In this document: positions 40,442 through 51,118 of the stretch, one piece after another
Layout of the letters: each line of letters begins with the position of its first letter
How positions within the stretch are numbered: position 1 is the stretch's first letter
Source of the DNA: a plasmid
DNA: 64,000 nucleotides
Reading direction: 5' to 3' (one strand)
Sequence record: NZ_LR134463.1
The notes under the pieces: model-generated
What the model was told of the DNA's origin: nothing
Database searches by the model: none
Seen by the model: only the letters and a program-made list of their open reading frames with translations
Translations under genes and position numbers: made by a program

Positions 40442-41856
40442 ATGACCACCACTGAGGCGCCGAAGAAGAAGCCCTGGTACAGATCCCTGTTCGTGCAGGT
40501 GCTGATCGGCATCGCCGCCGGCATCGCCACGGGCATCTTCTTCCCGGGATTCTCCGATCACCTCGCCCCACTGGGGCAGGGCTTCATCAAGCTCATCAAG
40601 ATGCTGGTGTCGCCCTTGATCTTCCTCGTGGTGGTGACCGGCATCGCCAAGGTCGGCAGCATGGCGGCGTTGGGCAAGATCGGTGCGAAGGCCCTGCTCT
40701 GGTTCACGGTGTGCACCACGTTCGCGCTCGCGCTCGGCCTCGTCGTCGGCAACGTCGTCCGCCCCGGCGCCGGCTTGAACATCGACCCGTCGACCCTCGA
40801 TGCGAGCGCGCTCGACGAGAAGACCCACGGAGAGCACCTGCCGGGTGGTGTCGACTTCGTCATGAACATCATCCCGACGTCGGTCGTCGACGCCTTCGCC
40901 AAGAACAACCTGCTGCAGGTGCTGCTCTTCGCCGTGCTCTTCGGTGTCGCACTCGCGGCGATCAGTGAGAAGGTCCAGCCCGTCCTGCTCGAGGTCATCG
41001 ACCAGGCGATGCACGTGATCTTCCGGATCGTCAGCTACATCATGTATCTGGCGCCGATCGGCGCGTTCGGAGCGATGGCGTTCACGGTGGGCAACTACGG
41101 TGCCGACTCGCTCAAGTCCTTCGGGATGCTGGTGCTCGCGTGCTACGGCGCGGCGGTCGTGTTCATCCTCATCCTCGCGGTCGCGGTGCGCCTCATCACG
41201 GGCGTGAGCACGTGGAAGTTCCTCAAGTACTGCCGCGAGGAGTTCATGCTCGCACTGGGTACGGGCTCATCCGAGGCCGTGATGCCCTCGGTCATCAAGA
41301 AGCTCGACGCCGCCGGGTGCGATCGCTCCGTCGTGGGCCTCGTCATCCCGACCGGCTACTCGTTCAACCTCGACGGTGCCGCGATCTACCTGTCGCTCTC
41401 GATGATGTTCCTCGCGCAGGCCGTCGGCGTGGACCTCAGTGTGGGTCAGCAGATCACGATCATGGGCATCCTGATCCTCAGTTCCAAGGGCATGGCCGGC
41501 GTCCCCGGCTCCGCGTTCGTCGCGCTGTCCGCCACGGCCGCCGCGGTGGGTGCCTTCCCCGTCGCCGCGGTCGCGCTGCTGCTCGGCGCGGACCGGCTCA
41601 TGGATTCCATGCGCGTCGCGACCAACCTCCTCGGCAACTGCCTCGCCACCTTCGTCATCGCCCGGTGGGAGGGCCTGCTCGACACGGAGAAGATGAAGGC
41701 GGTCCTGGAGGGCACGCTCGTCGTCGACGATCCCGACGACGTGCGCGCGCACCCGGGCCACGGCGCGGCCGCGTTCCCGCCCCCGCCGATGCCGTGTCGC
41801 CGGTCGCGGCCGGCGACGGGACGGCCACCGATGCCGAAGGAGCGAAGCATGTCTGA
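40442..41856 (+). CDS. dctA: DctA-type dicarboxylate/amino acid:cation symporter (DAACS family); its 3' end is uncertain because of a probable frameshift near 41770-41800
   Basis: It has a DAACS signature (LIKMLVSPLIF, IPTGYSFNLDGAAIYLSLS, ILSSKGMAGVPGSAFVALSATA). In the annotated frame it has no stop and runs on through the next gene to 42610. An alternative frame ends ...DAEGAKHV* at a TGA (41854-41856) overlapping the next gene's ATG. Confidence 0.7.
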
Positions 41857-42610
41857 CGCCACCGCGCCGTCCGGCGCCGACGCCACGGTCGCGATCCTCG
41901 GGAGTTGGGGCTACTACGGCCTCCTCGACGACGCCCGCTCCTACCCCGTGGACACGCCGTACGGCGCACCGTCGGACGATGTCGTGATCGGGACCGCGCA
42001 CGGACGCCGGGTCGCCTACCTGACCCGGTCCGGCCGCGAGCGGAACATCCCGCCGCACCGGATCAATCACCGTGCCAACGTCTGGGCGCTGCACCACCTC
42101 GGGGTGCGGCACATCCTCGCGGCCACGCCCGCCGGAGCCTTCGATCCCGCGGTGGGCGTCGGCACCGTCGTGGTCCCGGACCAGCTCGTCGACCGCACCG
42201 GGCGCACCGACGACACCTTCCACGACGACGAGGACGTCCGCGTCTCGTTCGCGCAGCCCTTCTCCGACCCGACCCGTGCCGCCGCGATCGCCGCGCTGCG
42301 CGACCAGCGCTGGGTGGTCGCGGACGGCGGCGTCGTCGTGGCCATTCGCGGCCCGCGGTTCTCGACCGCGGCCGAATCCCGCTGGTACGCGGCGCAGGGC
42401 TGGGACGTCGTGTCGACCACGCCCTACCCGGAGGCGGCGCTGGCCCGCGAGCTCGGCATGGGCTACGCCTGTGTCGCGCTGGTGACCGACCACGACGTCA
42501 TCGCCGAAACCCCATGGCCCGTCAGCCAGGAGCGCGTGCAGGAGGAACTGGACGCGAACACCCTGCGGCTGCGCGAGGCGCTCGTGCGCGCCGCCGCGAC
42601 GCTGTCCTGA
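41849..42610 (+). CDS. MTAP/PNP-family purine nucleoside (or 5'-methylthioadenosine) phosphorylase
   Basis: The phosphorylase pattern is present (VAILGSWG, TPYGAPSD, HRINHRANVWALHHLGV, VSTTPYPEAALARELGMGYACVALVTDHD). Confidence 0.8.
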   Translation: MSDATAPSGADATVAILGSWGYYGLLDDARSYPVDTPYGAPSDDVVIGTAHGRRVAYLTRSGRERNIPPHRINHRANVWALHHLGVRHILAATPAGAFDPAVGVGTVVVPDQLVDRTGRTDDTFHDDEDVRVSFAQPFSDPTRAAAIAALRDQRWVVADGGVVVAIRGPRFSTAAESRWYAAQGWDVVSTTPYPEAALARELGMGYACVALVTDHDVIAETPWPVSQERVQEELDANTLRLREALVRAAATLS

Positions 42611-42630
42611 CGCGTCTTTCCACGACGGAA

Positions 42631-42670
42631 ACGACGGTGCCCCTCCCGGATCCGGGAGGGGCACCGTCGT
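42631..42670. terminator. Perfect 40-bp palindrome ACGACGGTGCCCCTCCCGGA|TCCGGGAGGGGCACCGTCGT between convergent genes
   Basis: It is an exact 20+20 inverted repeat centred on GGATCC, lying between the MTAP stop (42610) and the ureidoglycine aminohydrolase stop (42681). Confidence 0.55.
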
Positions 42671-42680
42671 ATCGCAATGG

Positions 42681-43502
42681 CTACAGGACGATCTGGCGGT
42701 TGACGTCCTTGTAGAGCAGGTAGCGGAAGTTCGACGGTCCGCCGGCGTAGCAGGCCTGCGGGCAGAAGGCGCGCAGCGACATGTAGTCGCCCTCCTGGAC
42801 CTCGACCCAGTCGCCGTTGAGGCGGTAGACGGCCTTGCCCTCGAGGACGAACAGGCCGTGCTCCATGACGTGCGTCTCCGCGAAGGGGATCGACGCGCCC
42901 GGCTCGAACGTCACGATGTTGCAGTGCATGTCGTACGCGAGGTCCTGCGGGTCCAGGATGCGGGTGGTGCGCCACTTGTTGTCGGTGCCCGGCATCGGCG
43001 ACGGCTCGATGTCGCGCTCGTTGCCGACGGCGACGCGTGGGGTGTGCCCGGCGAGCGGCTCGTAGCGCTTGCGGATCCACTGGAAGACGGCGGCACCGTC
43101 GGCGGTGTTGGCGACCGCCCAGGGCGTGCCCGCGGGGATGTAGGCGTAGCCGCCCTCGGTGAGCGTGTGCGCCTCGCCGTCGATGGTCACCTGCAGGGCG
43201 CCCTGGGTGATGAGCAGGAAGCTCTGTACCTCGGGCTGGGGCTCCGGGGCCTCGGAGCCACCACCGGGGGAGACCTCGACGATGGACTGCGCGAACGTGG
43301 TCGAGCCGCCCGCGACGGGGCGGTTGAGCACCCACGCGCGGGTGTTCGTCCAGCCGGGGAAGACGGAGGTCACGATGTCGCGCATGACGCCGCGCGGGAT
43401 CACGGTGTAGGCCTCGGTCACGATGGCACGGTCCGTGAGGAGGTCCGTCTGCGGCGGGTGGCCGCCCTGCGGCGAGTAGTAGACGGGTGCGGACGAGCTC
43501 AT
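42681..43502 (-). CDS. (S)-Ureidoglycine aminohydrolase (bicupin, AllE/YlbA-like)
   Basis: It has two cupin barrels (FLLITQGALQVTIDGEAHTLTEGGYAYIPAG and HVMEHGLFVLEGKAVYRLNGDWVEVQEGDYMSL). The 273-aa size is typical, and its ATG at 43502 overlaps the upstream gene's stop. Confidence 0.75.
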   Translation of the reverse strand: MSSSAPVYYSPQGGHPPQTDLLTDRAIVTEAYTVIPRGVMRDIVTSVFPGWTNTRAWVLNRPVAGGSTTFAQSIVEVSPGGGSEAPEPQPEVQSFLLITQGALQVTIDGEAHTLTEGGYAYIPAGTPWAVANTADGAAVFQWIRKRYEPLAGHTPRVAVGNERDIEPSPMPGTDNKWRTTRILDPQDLAYDMHCNIVTFEPGASIPFAETHVMEHGLFVLEGKAVYRLNGDWVEVQEGDYMSLRAFCPQACYAGGPSNFRYLLYKDVNRQIVL

Positions 43503-44773
43503 CGGGTCTCCTCGGGCTGGATGGTGGTGGGGCGGTTCAGGGCGAGGTCGCGGACCGTCTCGACGGTGACCTCGGCGGCGGACGCGACCTCGGCGGCGGT
43601 GACCGCCCCGCAGGTGACGCCGCGATGGATGAAGGACGCGAGCGCGCGGGCCGTGGCGGGCTCGTCGAGGATCGCGGAGTCGATGCGGTGCACGTAGTTC
43701 CGCAGTCGCGTCGCGGCGGCGGGGAAGCCGTCGCGGTAGAAGGCGTAGGTCGCCAGGAATCGCGTGACGAGCTGGGCCGGGTGCAGGTCCCAGCCCTGGT
43801 AGATGCCGCGTTCGAGGTGCCGGCGCACGAGGCGCGCGTGCAGCCGCCACGCGTCGGCGACGTGCGCCGGGTCGCCGATCGGCAGGATGTTGGTCGAGCC
43901 GTCGGACATGTGCACGCCCGTCCCGGCGACGGCGAGCTGCATGACGTTCTTCGCGTGGTCGGCGGCCGGGTGCTCCATCGACTGGTACTGCGCGGCGATG
44001 CCGAGCGAGGCCGAGTAGTCGTAGGTGCCGTAGTGCAGAGAGGTCACGCGGCCGTCCGCGGCGTGCAACAGGGTGGCGACGGGCGCGGTGCCGTCGGCCC
44101 CGAGGATCACCTGCGGGGTCTCGACCTGCACCTCGAAGCGCAGGCGCCGCTCGTCCAGGCCGAGCGCGCCCTCCAGGGCGCGGCTCGCGTCCACCATGGC
44201 CTCGACTTGGCCGACCGTGGTGACCTTCGGCAGCGTGATGGTCAGGCCCTCGGGCAAGGGGCCGCCGGCGGCGAGGCCGCTGACGAAGAGGTCGAGGGTG
44301 CGCAGGCCTCGCGCCCGGACCGGTGCCTCGAAGCACTTGAACCGGATGCCGACGAACGGCGGCGCCGATCCCTCGCGGACGGCGACGGTGACGGCATCGA
44401 CGGCACGCGCCACGTCGGCGTCCTCCGCCTCGTCGCCGCGGTCGCCGTAGCCGTCCTCGAAGTCGAGCCGCAGATCCTCGATGGGTTCCTCGGTGAGCTT
44501 GCGCCGCACCAGCTCCGGGAGGTCGGGATCGTCCAGCCCGACGGTGCGCGCGACCTCCGCGAGCCCGCCTGCGGCATCGGCGGCCGCGAGGGCCTGCTCG
44601 CCCCATTCCCGCGCGGTCGCCGGGGTGAACCGGTCCGCCGGGAGGTAGACGGTGTGCACCGGTTGGCGGCGGCCGTCGTCGCCCGGGTAGTTCCGGGCCA
44701 GGAGCTCGTCGGTGGCGGCCAGCCGACGCTCGATCGCGGCCAGGGCGTCGTCGGTGAGCGAGCGGCTGGGCAT
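43499..44773 (-). CDS. CitE/HpcH/malate-synthase-superfamily (beta/alpha-barrel lyase-like) protein of unknown specificity
   Basis: The 424-aa product has a CitE-like core. It opens with HTVYLPADR, has an acidic metal site DLRLDFEDGYG, a PKV motif ITLPKVTT, a barrel strand VQVETPQVIL, and the block LHYGTYDYSASLGI. It carries N- and C-terminal extensions and is translationally coupled to the downstream ureidoglycine aminohydrolase gene. Confidence 0.55.
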   Translation of the reverse strand: MPSRSLTDDALAAIERRLAATDELLARNYPGDDGRRQPVHTVYLPADRFTPATAREWGEQALAAADAAGGLAEVARTVGLDDPDLPELVRRKLTEEPIEDLRLDFEDGYGDRGDEAEDADVARAVDAVTVAVREGSAPPFVGIRFKCFEAPVRARGLRTLDLFVSGLAAGGPLPEGLTITLPKVTTVGQVEAMVDASRALEGALGLDERRLRFEVQVETPQVILGADGTAPVATLLHAADGRVTSLHYGTYDYSASLGIAAQYQSMEHPAADHAKNVMQLAVAGTGVHMSDGSTNILPIGDPAHVADAWRLHARLVRRHLERGIYQGWDLHPAQLVTRFLATYAFYRDGFPAAATRLRNYVHRIDSAILDEPATARALASFIHRGVTCGAVTAAEVASAAEVTVETVRDLALNRPTTIQPEETR

Positions 44774-44795
44774 GGGACCTCCGTCTGATCTAAAT

Positions 44796-44810
44796 GGAAA
44801 AGAAATTCCG
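44796..44810. promoter_or_regulatory. GGAAAAGAAATTCCG element upstream of the CitE-like/UGlyAH operon
   Basis: It is a GGAA/TTCC-type partial palindrome related to the TTCCG/CGGAA sites of the island, and lies ~25 bp upstream of the operon start codon. Confidence 0.3.
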
Positions 44811-44880
44811 TATGGTGGAGTCTACGCGGGTCCTGTGGTCCGCACAAGGATTTTCGCAGCGTGGTCCCGGCCGCGGAGAG

Positions 44881-46164
44881 CTACGCGGCGACCTCGTCGC
44901 CGCCGATCCAGACGCGCGCGACGTCGGCAGGCGTGGCCAGCGAGAAGATCTTCGCGAGGGCGTTCTCGGCCGATTCGGCGTGGCGCAGGCCCACGTCGAG
45001 CGGGTGGCCGGCCGTCGGACGCAGGAGGATCGCGTCGAACTGCCGCCCGACGGACAGGTCGCCCACCTCGTCGAGCCCCAGAGCGGTCGCGCCGGCGCGG
45101 GTGGCGAGGTGCAACAGGTGCGCCGCGGTGAGCGGCACGCCGTCTCCCTGGAGCAACTGCTGCATGAAGTAGGCCTGCAGGCCTTCCTTGAAGAGCGAGA
45201 AGCCGCTGCCCGCACCGACATCGGTGCCGAGGGCCACGGTGACGCCGTGGTCGAGGTGGCGGCGGAGCGGGAAGGAGCCGCTGGCGAGCGCGGAGTTGGA
45301 GGTGGGGCAGTGGGCGACCGACGCGCCGGTCGAGGCCATGAGTGCGAGCTCGGAATCGGTCGGGTGCGCGTTGTGCGCGAGCACCGCGCGCTCGTGGATG
45401 AGCCCGTGCCGGTGGTAGGTGTCGAGGTAGTTCGCCGATCCCGGGAACTGCTCGATGACCGCCGCGATCTCGGCGGGGTTCTCGTTGATGTGGGAGGTGA
45501 ACCAGAGGCCGGGCACATCGGCCGCGAGCGCCGCCCCGCTCTCCAACATGCCGGGTGACGTCGAGTAGGAGAAGCGCGGCGTCACCGCGTACCGGAGGCG
45601 ACGATGCCCGTGCCAGCGCTCGGCGAGCTTGCGGCCCTCGTCGTACGACCGCGCCGGCGTGCTGAGCAGCGGCTCCGGCAGGTTGCGGTCGCTGGTCACC
45701 AGACCGGCTGTGACGCGCACCCCCACCCGGTCGGCCTCGGTGAACAGCGCGTCGACCGCGTCCGTGAAGTGCGACCCGAAGACGAGCGCGGTCGTCGTGC
45801 CGGCGGCGGTGAGGCCGGTGAGGAACTCGCGGGCGACGGTGCGCGCGTACTCGGCGTCCGCGAGCTTGCACTCCTCGGGCAGGGCGCACTGATCGAGCCA
45901 GTCCAGCAGCGGCATCCCGAGGCCGCCGATGGCCCGGATCTGCGGGTAGTGCACGTGGGTGTCGACCATGCCGGGAAGGAGGACGCCGTCGCGCAGGTCG
46001 ACGACCTCGGCGTCCGGGTGGCGTTCCGTGACCGTGCGGAAGGCGCCGCGATCGACGATCACGCCCGCCTCGACCGCGATGCCGGCGTCGTCGTGCGAGC
46101 GCAGCTCACCCCCGCTGAAGGGGTCGTCGGGCGTGTCCAGGACGCGGCAGCGGTAGATGGTCAT
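44881..46164 (-). CDS. guaD: Guanine deaminase
   Basis: It is an amidohydrolase (MVDTHVHYPQ, HINENPAE, CPTSNSALASG, LGTDVGAG) with the conserved N-terminus MTIYRCRVLDTP, and lies downstream of xdhC. Confidence 0.85.
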   Translation of the reverse strand: MTIYRCRVLDTPDDPFSGGELRSHDDAGIAVEAGVIVDRGAFRTVTERHPDAEVVDLRDGVLLPGMVDTHVHYPQIRAIGGLGMPLLDWLDQCALPEECKLADAEYARTVAREFLTGLTAAGTTTALVFGSHFTDAVDALFTEADRVGVRVTAGLVTSDRNLPEPLLSTPARSYDEGRKLAERWHGHRRLRYAVTPRFSYSTSPGMLESGAALAADVPGLWFTSHINENPAEIAAVIEQFPGSANYLDTYHRHGLIHERAVLAHNAHPTDSELALMASTGASVAHCPTSNSALASGSFPLRRHLDHGVTVALGTDVGAGSGFSLFKEGLQAYFMQQLLQGDGVPLTAAHLLHLATRAGATALGLDEVGDLSVGRQFDAILLRPTAGHPLDVGLRHAESAENALAKIFSLATPADVARVWIGGDEVAA

Positions 46165-46970
46165 GAGGGGTCTCCTTGCACGGATGAGGGGAAGCGGGCG
46201 AGCAGGTCCGCGGCCACACTCACGGCGATGGTCGCCGGGTGCTTGCCGCCCAGGGTGCTCAGCCCGATGGGGGATTGGATGGTCCGGATGGTCGCGGCGT
46301 CGTGACCGGCGTCGGCGAGCATGGCGCGGAACCGGGTCCACTTCGCGGCGGAACCGATCAGTCCGACGCTGCCGAGGCCGGGGGTGCGCAGCACCTGGTC
46401 GCAGAGGCTGAAGTCCTCCGCGTGGTCGTGCGTCATGATGAGCACGTGGCAGCCCGGAGGAAGTTCCTCCAGGACCTCCTCGGGCAGCATCGAATGGCGC
46501 AGGTGCACGGTCGCCTCACCGGGCTCCAGACCGCGGGCGGCCTCGAGCTGCTCGGGGCGGGAGTCGGTGAGGTACAGCTCGACGTCGTGGCGCGCGAGGA
46601 TGCGGGCGAGTTCCAGGCCGACGTGGCCGACCCCGAAGATCGCGACGGCCGGAACCACCGGCAGCGGCTCGAACAAGAGGACCACCTCGCCTCCGCAGCA
46701 TTGGCGCCCGTGTTGATTGCGGGCCTTGTCGTTCAATCGCAGGGTGAGCGTCTCGGGCGTGGTGACCGCGTCCCGCAGTAGTTCGCGGGCCCGGTCGATC
46801 GCCGTCAGCTCCAGGTTGCCGCCGCCGATCGTGCCGAATTCGCCGTCGGCGGTGGCGATCATCTTCGCGCCCGCCTCGCGGGGCGCGTGCCCGCGGACGC
46901 CGATCTGGGTGATCAGGACCGCGGGGACGCGCTGCCGACGGAGGCGGGCGGCGTCGCCCAGCCAGGTCAT
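46161..46970 (-). CDS. xdhC: Xanthine dehydrogenase accessory/maturation protein
   Basis: Its N-terminus is XdhC-like (AVLITQIGVRGHAPREAGAKM), and a Rossmann-like region follows (VAIFGVGHVGLELARILA). It overlaps the guaD start. Confidence 0.85.
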   Translation of the reverse strand: MTWLGDAARLRRQRVPAVLITQIGVRGHAPREAGAKMIATADGEFGTIGGGNLELTAIDRARELLRDAVTTPETLTLRLNDKARNQHGRQCCGGEVVLLFEPLPVVPAVAIFGVGHVGLELARILARHDVELYLTDSRPEQLEAARGLEPGEATVHLRHSMLPEEVLEELPPGCHVLIMTHDHAEDFSLCDQVLRTPGLGSVGLIGSAAKWTRFRAMLADAGHDAATIRTIQSPIGLSTLGGKHPATIAVSVAADLLARFPSSVQGDPS

Positions 46971-46977
46971 GGCGGGC

Positions 46978-49418
<2,441 letters not shown>

Positions 49419-49422
<4 letters not shown>

Positions 49423-50909
49423 GACAGCTCCCCTCGGGCCGTGGTCTCGGCGAACAGCTTCTCGAGCGACCGGCCGAGCATCGCGACGCGGTAGGCGCCG
49501 GACGCACGGTGATCGTCCATCGGGGTGCCCTCGGCCCGCAGCACATCGGCCGCGGCACGAACGGTCTCCTCCGACCACGGGCGGCCCACGAGGGCCTGCT
49601 CGGTGGCGGTCGCGCGGAGCGGGGTCGCGGCCACGCCGCCGAGGCCGATCGCGGCCCGGGTGATCGTGCCCGCGTCGACGGTGACCGCGAAGGCGACGGC
49701 GACGCTGGAGATGTCGTCGAAACGGCGCTTGGCGATCTTGTGGAACGCGGTGAGCGGGCTCAGCGGCAGCGGGATCCGTATCGCCTTGATGAGTTCGTCG
49801 GGCCGGCGCACCGTCGCGCGGTAGCCGGTGAAGTACTCCGCGAGCGGGACGGTGCGCTCGCCGTCGCGCGAGGCCAGTACCAGGCGCGCGTCCAGGGCGA
49901 GCAACGCGGGCGGGGTGTCGCCGATCGGCGAGCCCGTCCCGAGGTTGCCGCCCAGTGTCGCGGCGTTGCGGATCAGGCGCGAGGCGAACTGTGGAAAGAC
50001 CTGGGCGAGCAGGGGGACGCGGCCGTCGAGGCGGCGCTCGATCTCGGACAGCGTGAGCGCCGCTCCGATGTCGAGTTCGTCGTCGTTCCAGTGCAACTCA
50101 CGGAGCTCGGGCAGGCGGTCGATGGCCACCACGAGGGGTTCGCGGCGCCCCTTGAGGTTCACGTCGACGCCGAAGTCGGTGGACCCGGCGACGAGGACCG
50201 GGGATTCCCCGTCGGCGAGGAGATCGAGGACCTCGTCGAGTCCGGCGGGCCGGACGAAGCGGCCCTGCGGGCCGGCGACCTCGGTGTGGGCGGCGGCGGG
50301 TGCCGGCGCGGTACGGCGGGCGGCGAGCGGGTCGTCGGGCGCGGGGGCCGCGGGGAGGCCGTAGGCGGCGTCACGGATGGGTCGGTAGCCGGTGCAGCGG
50401 CACAGGTTCCCGGACAGGGAGTGCAGGTCGAAGCCGTTGGGCCCGTGCTCCTCGTCGTGAGCGGGGCATGCGGCGTCGCCATCGGCCCGCGGGTTCGACG
50501 CGGCCCGATCGGGTCGGTAGAACTCGGCCGCCATGCTGCAGATGAAGCCCGGCGTGCAGTAGCCGCACTGCGAGCCGCCGCGGAGCGCCATCGCGGCCTG
50601 CACCGGGTGCAGGTCGTCGGGCCCGCCGAGTCCTTCGGAGGTGATCACCTCCTGGTCCGCCAAGGCTGCTGCGGGGGTCAGGCAGGCGTTGATGGCGGTC
50701 CACCGCGTCCGGTCGTCGGGGGCATCGGGGTCGCCTGGGCGGGCGACGAGGATCGAGCAGGCGCCGCACTCACCCTCGGCGCAGCCCTCCTTGGCTCCGG
50801 TGAGGCCCTGGTCGCGCAGCCAATCGAGGGCACTCGTGTGCGCCGGGCCGGTGAAGGGTCGGGATCGACCGTTCACGGTCACATGACATCCGGTCAGCGT
50901 TTCGGTCAC
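49419..50909 (-). CDS. xdhA: Xanthine dehydrogenase small subunit ([2Fe-2S] + FAD-binding)
   Basis: It has ferredoxin-type cysteine clusters (CAEGECGACS, CGYCTPGF, CRCTGY) and the FAD/CO-dehydrogenase-flavoprotein domain (GSTDFGVDVN, LGGNLG). I chose the GTG at 50909 (VTETLTGCHVTVNG), but the start is uncertain. Confidence 0.85.
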
Positions 50910-51061
50910 CGCTGCATCCCTACTGAACCGCCGCACGCGGTTCGGACAGGCATGGTTTGCGAGGCTGAGCTGGACCGCTGGTTTTCCATGCGAACACGAT
51001 CCAGTGCATTTCATGATAGGTGACGGGGATCACATCGGGAAGGGTATTTGGAATCTTCTTT

Positions 51062-51084
51062 CCGCATCACGGAGTGTGATGCGG
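51062..51084. promoter_or_regulatory. Perfect palindrome CCGCATCAC-ggagt-GTGATGCGG upstream of xdhA
   Basis: It is a 9-bp inverted repeat with a 5-bp spacer, lying ~150 bp upstream of the xdhA start and 35 bp downstream of the NCS2 permease stop. It could be an operator or a terminator. Confidence 0.4.
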
Positions 51085-51118
51085 GAGCCGTTCCGGCTCG
51101 ACTCTGCGTCGTTGCAGG

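Noticed and set aside
40442-42610. A 722-aa natural bifunctional fusion of a DctA transporter and an MTAP phosphorylase.
   Set aside because: An alternative frame gives a normal DctA tail ending at a TGA that overlaps the phosphorylase ATG. The frames diverge at a poly-C run, so a single-base frameshift is the more economical explanation. It cannot be excluded without reads.
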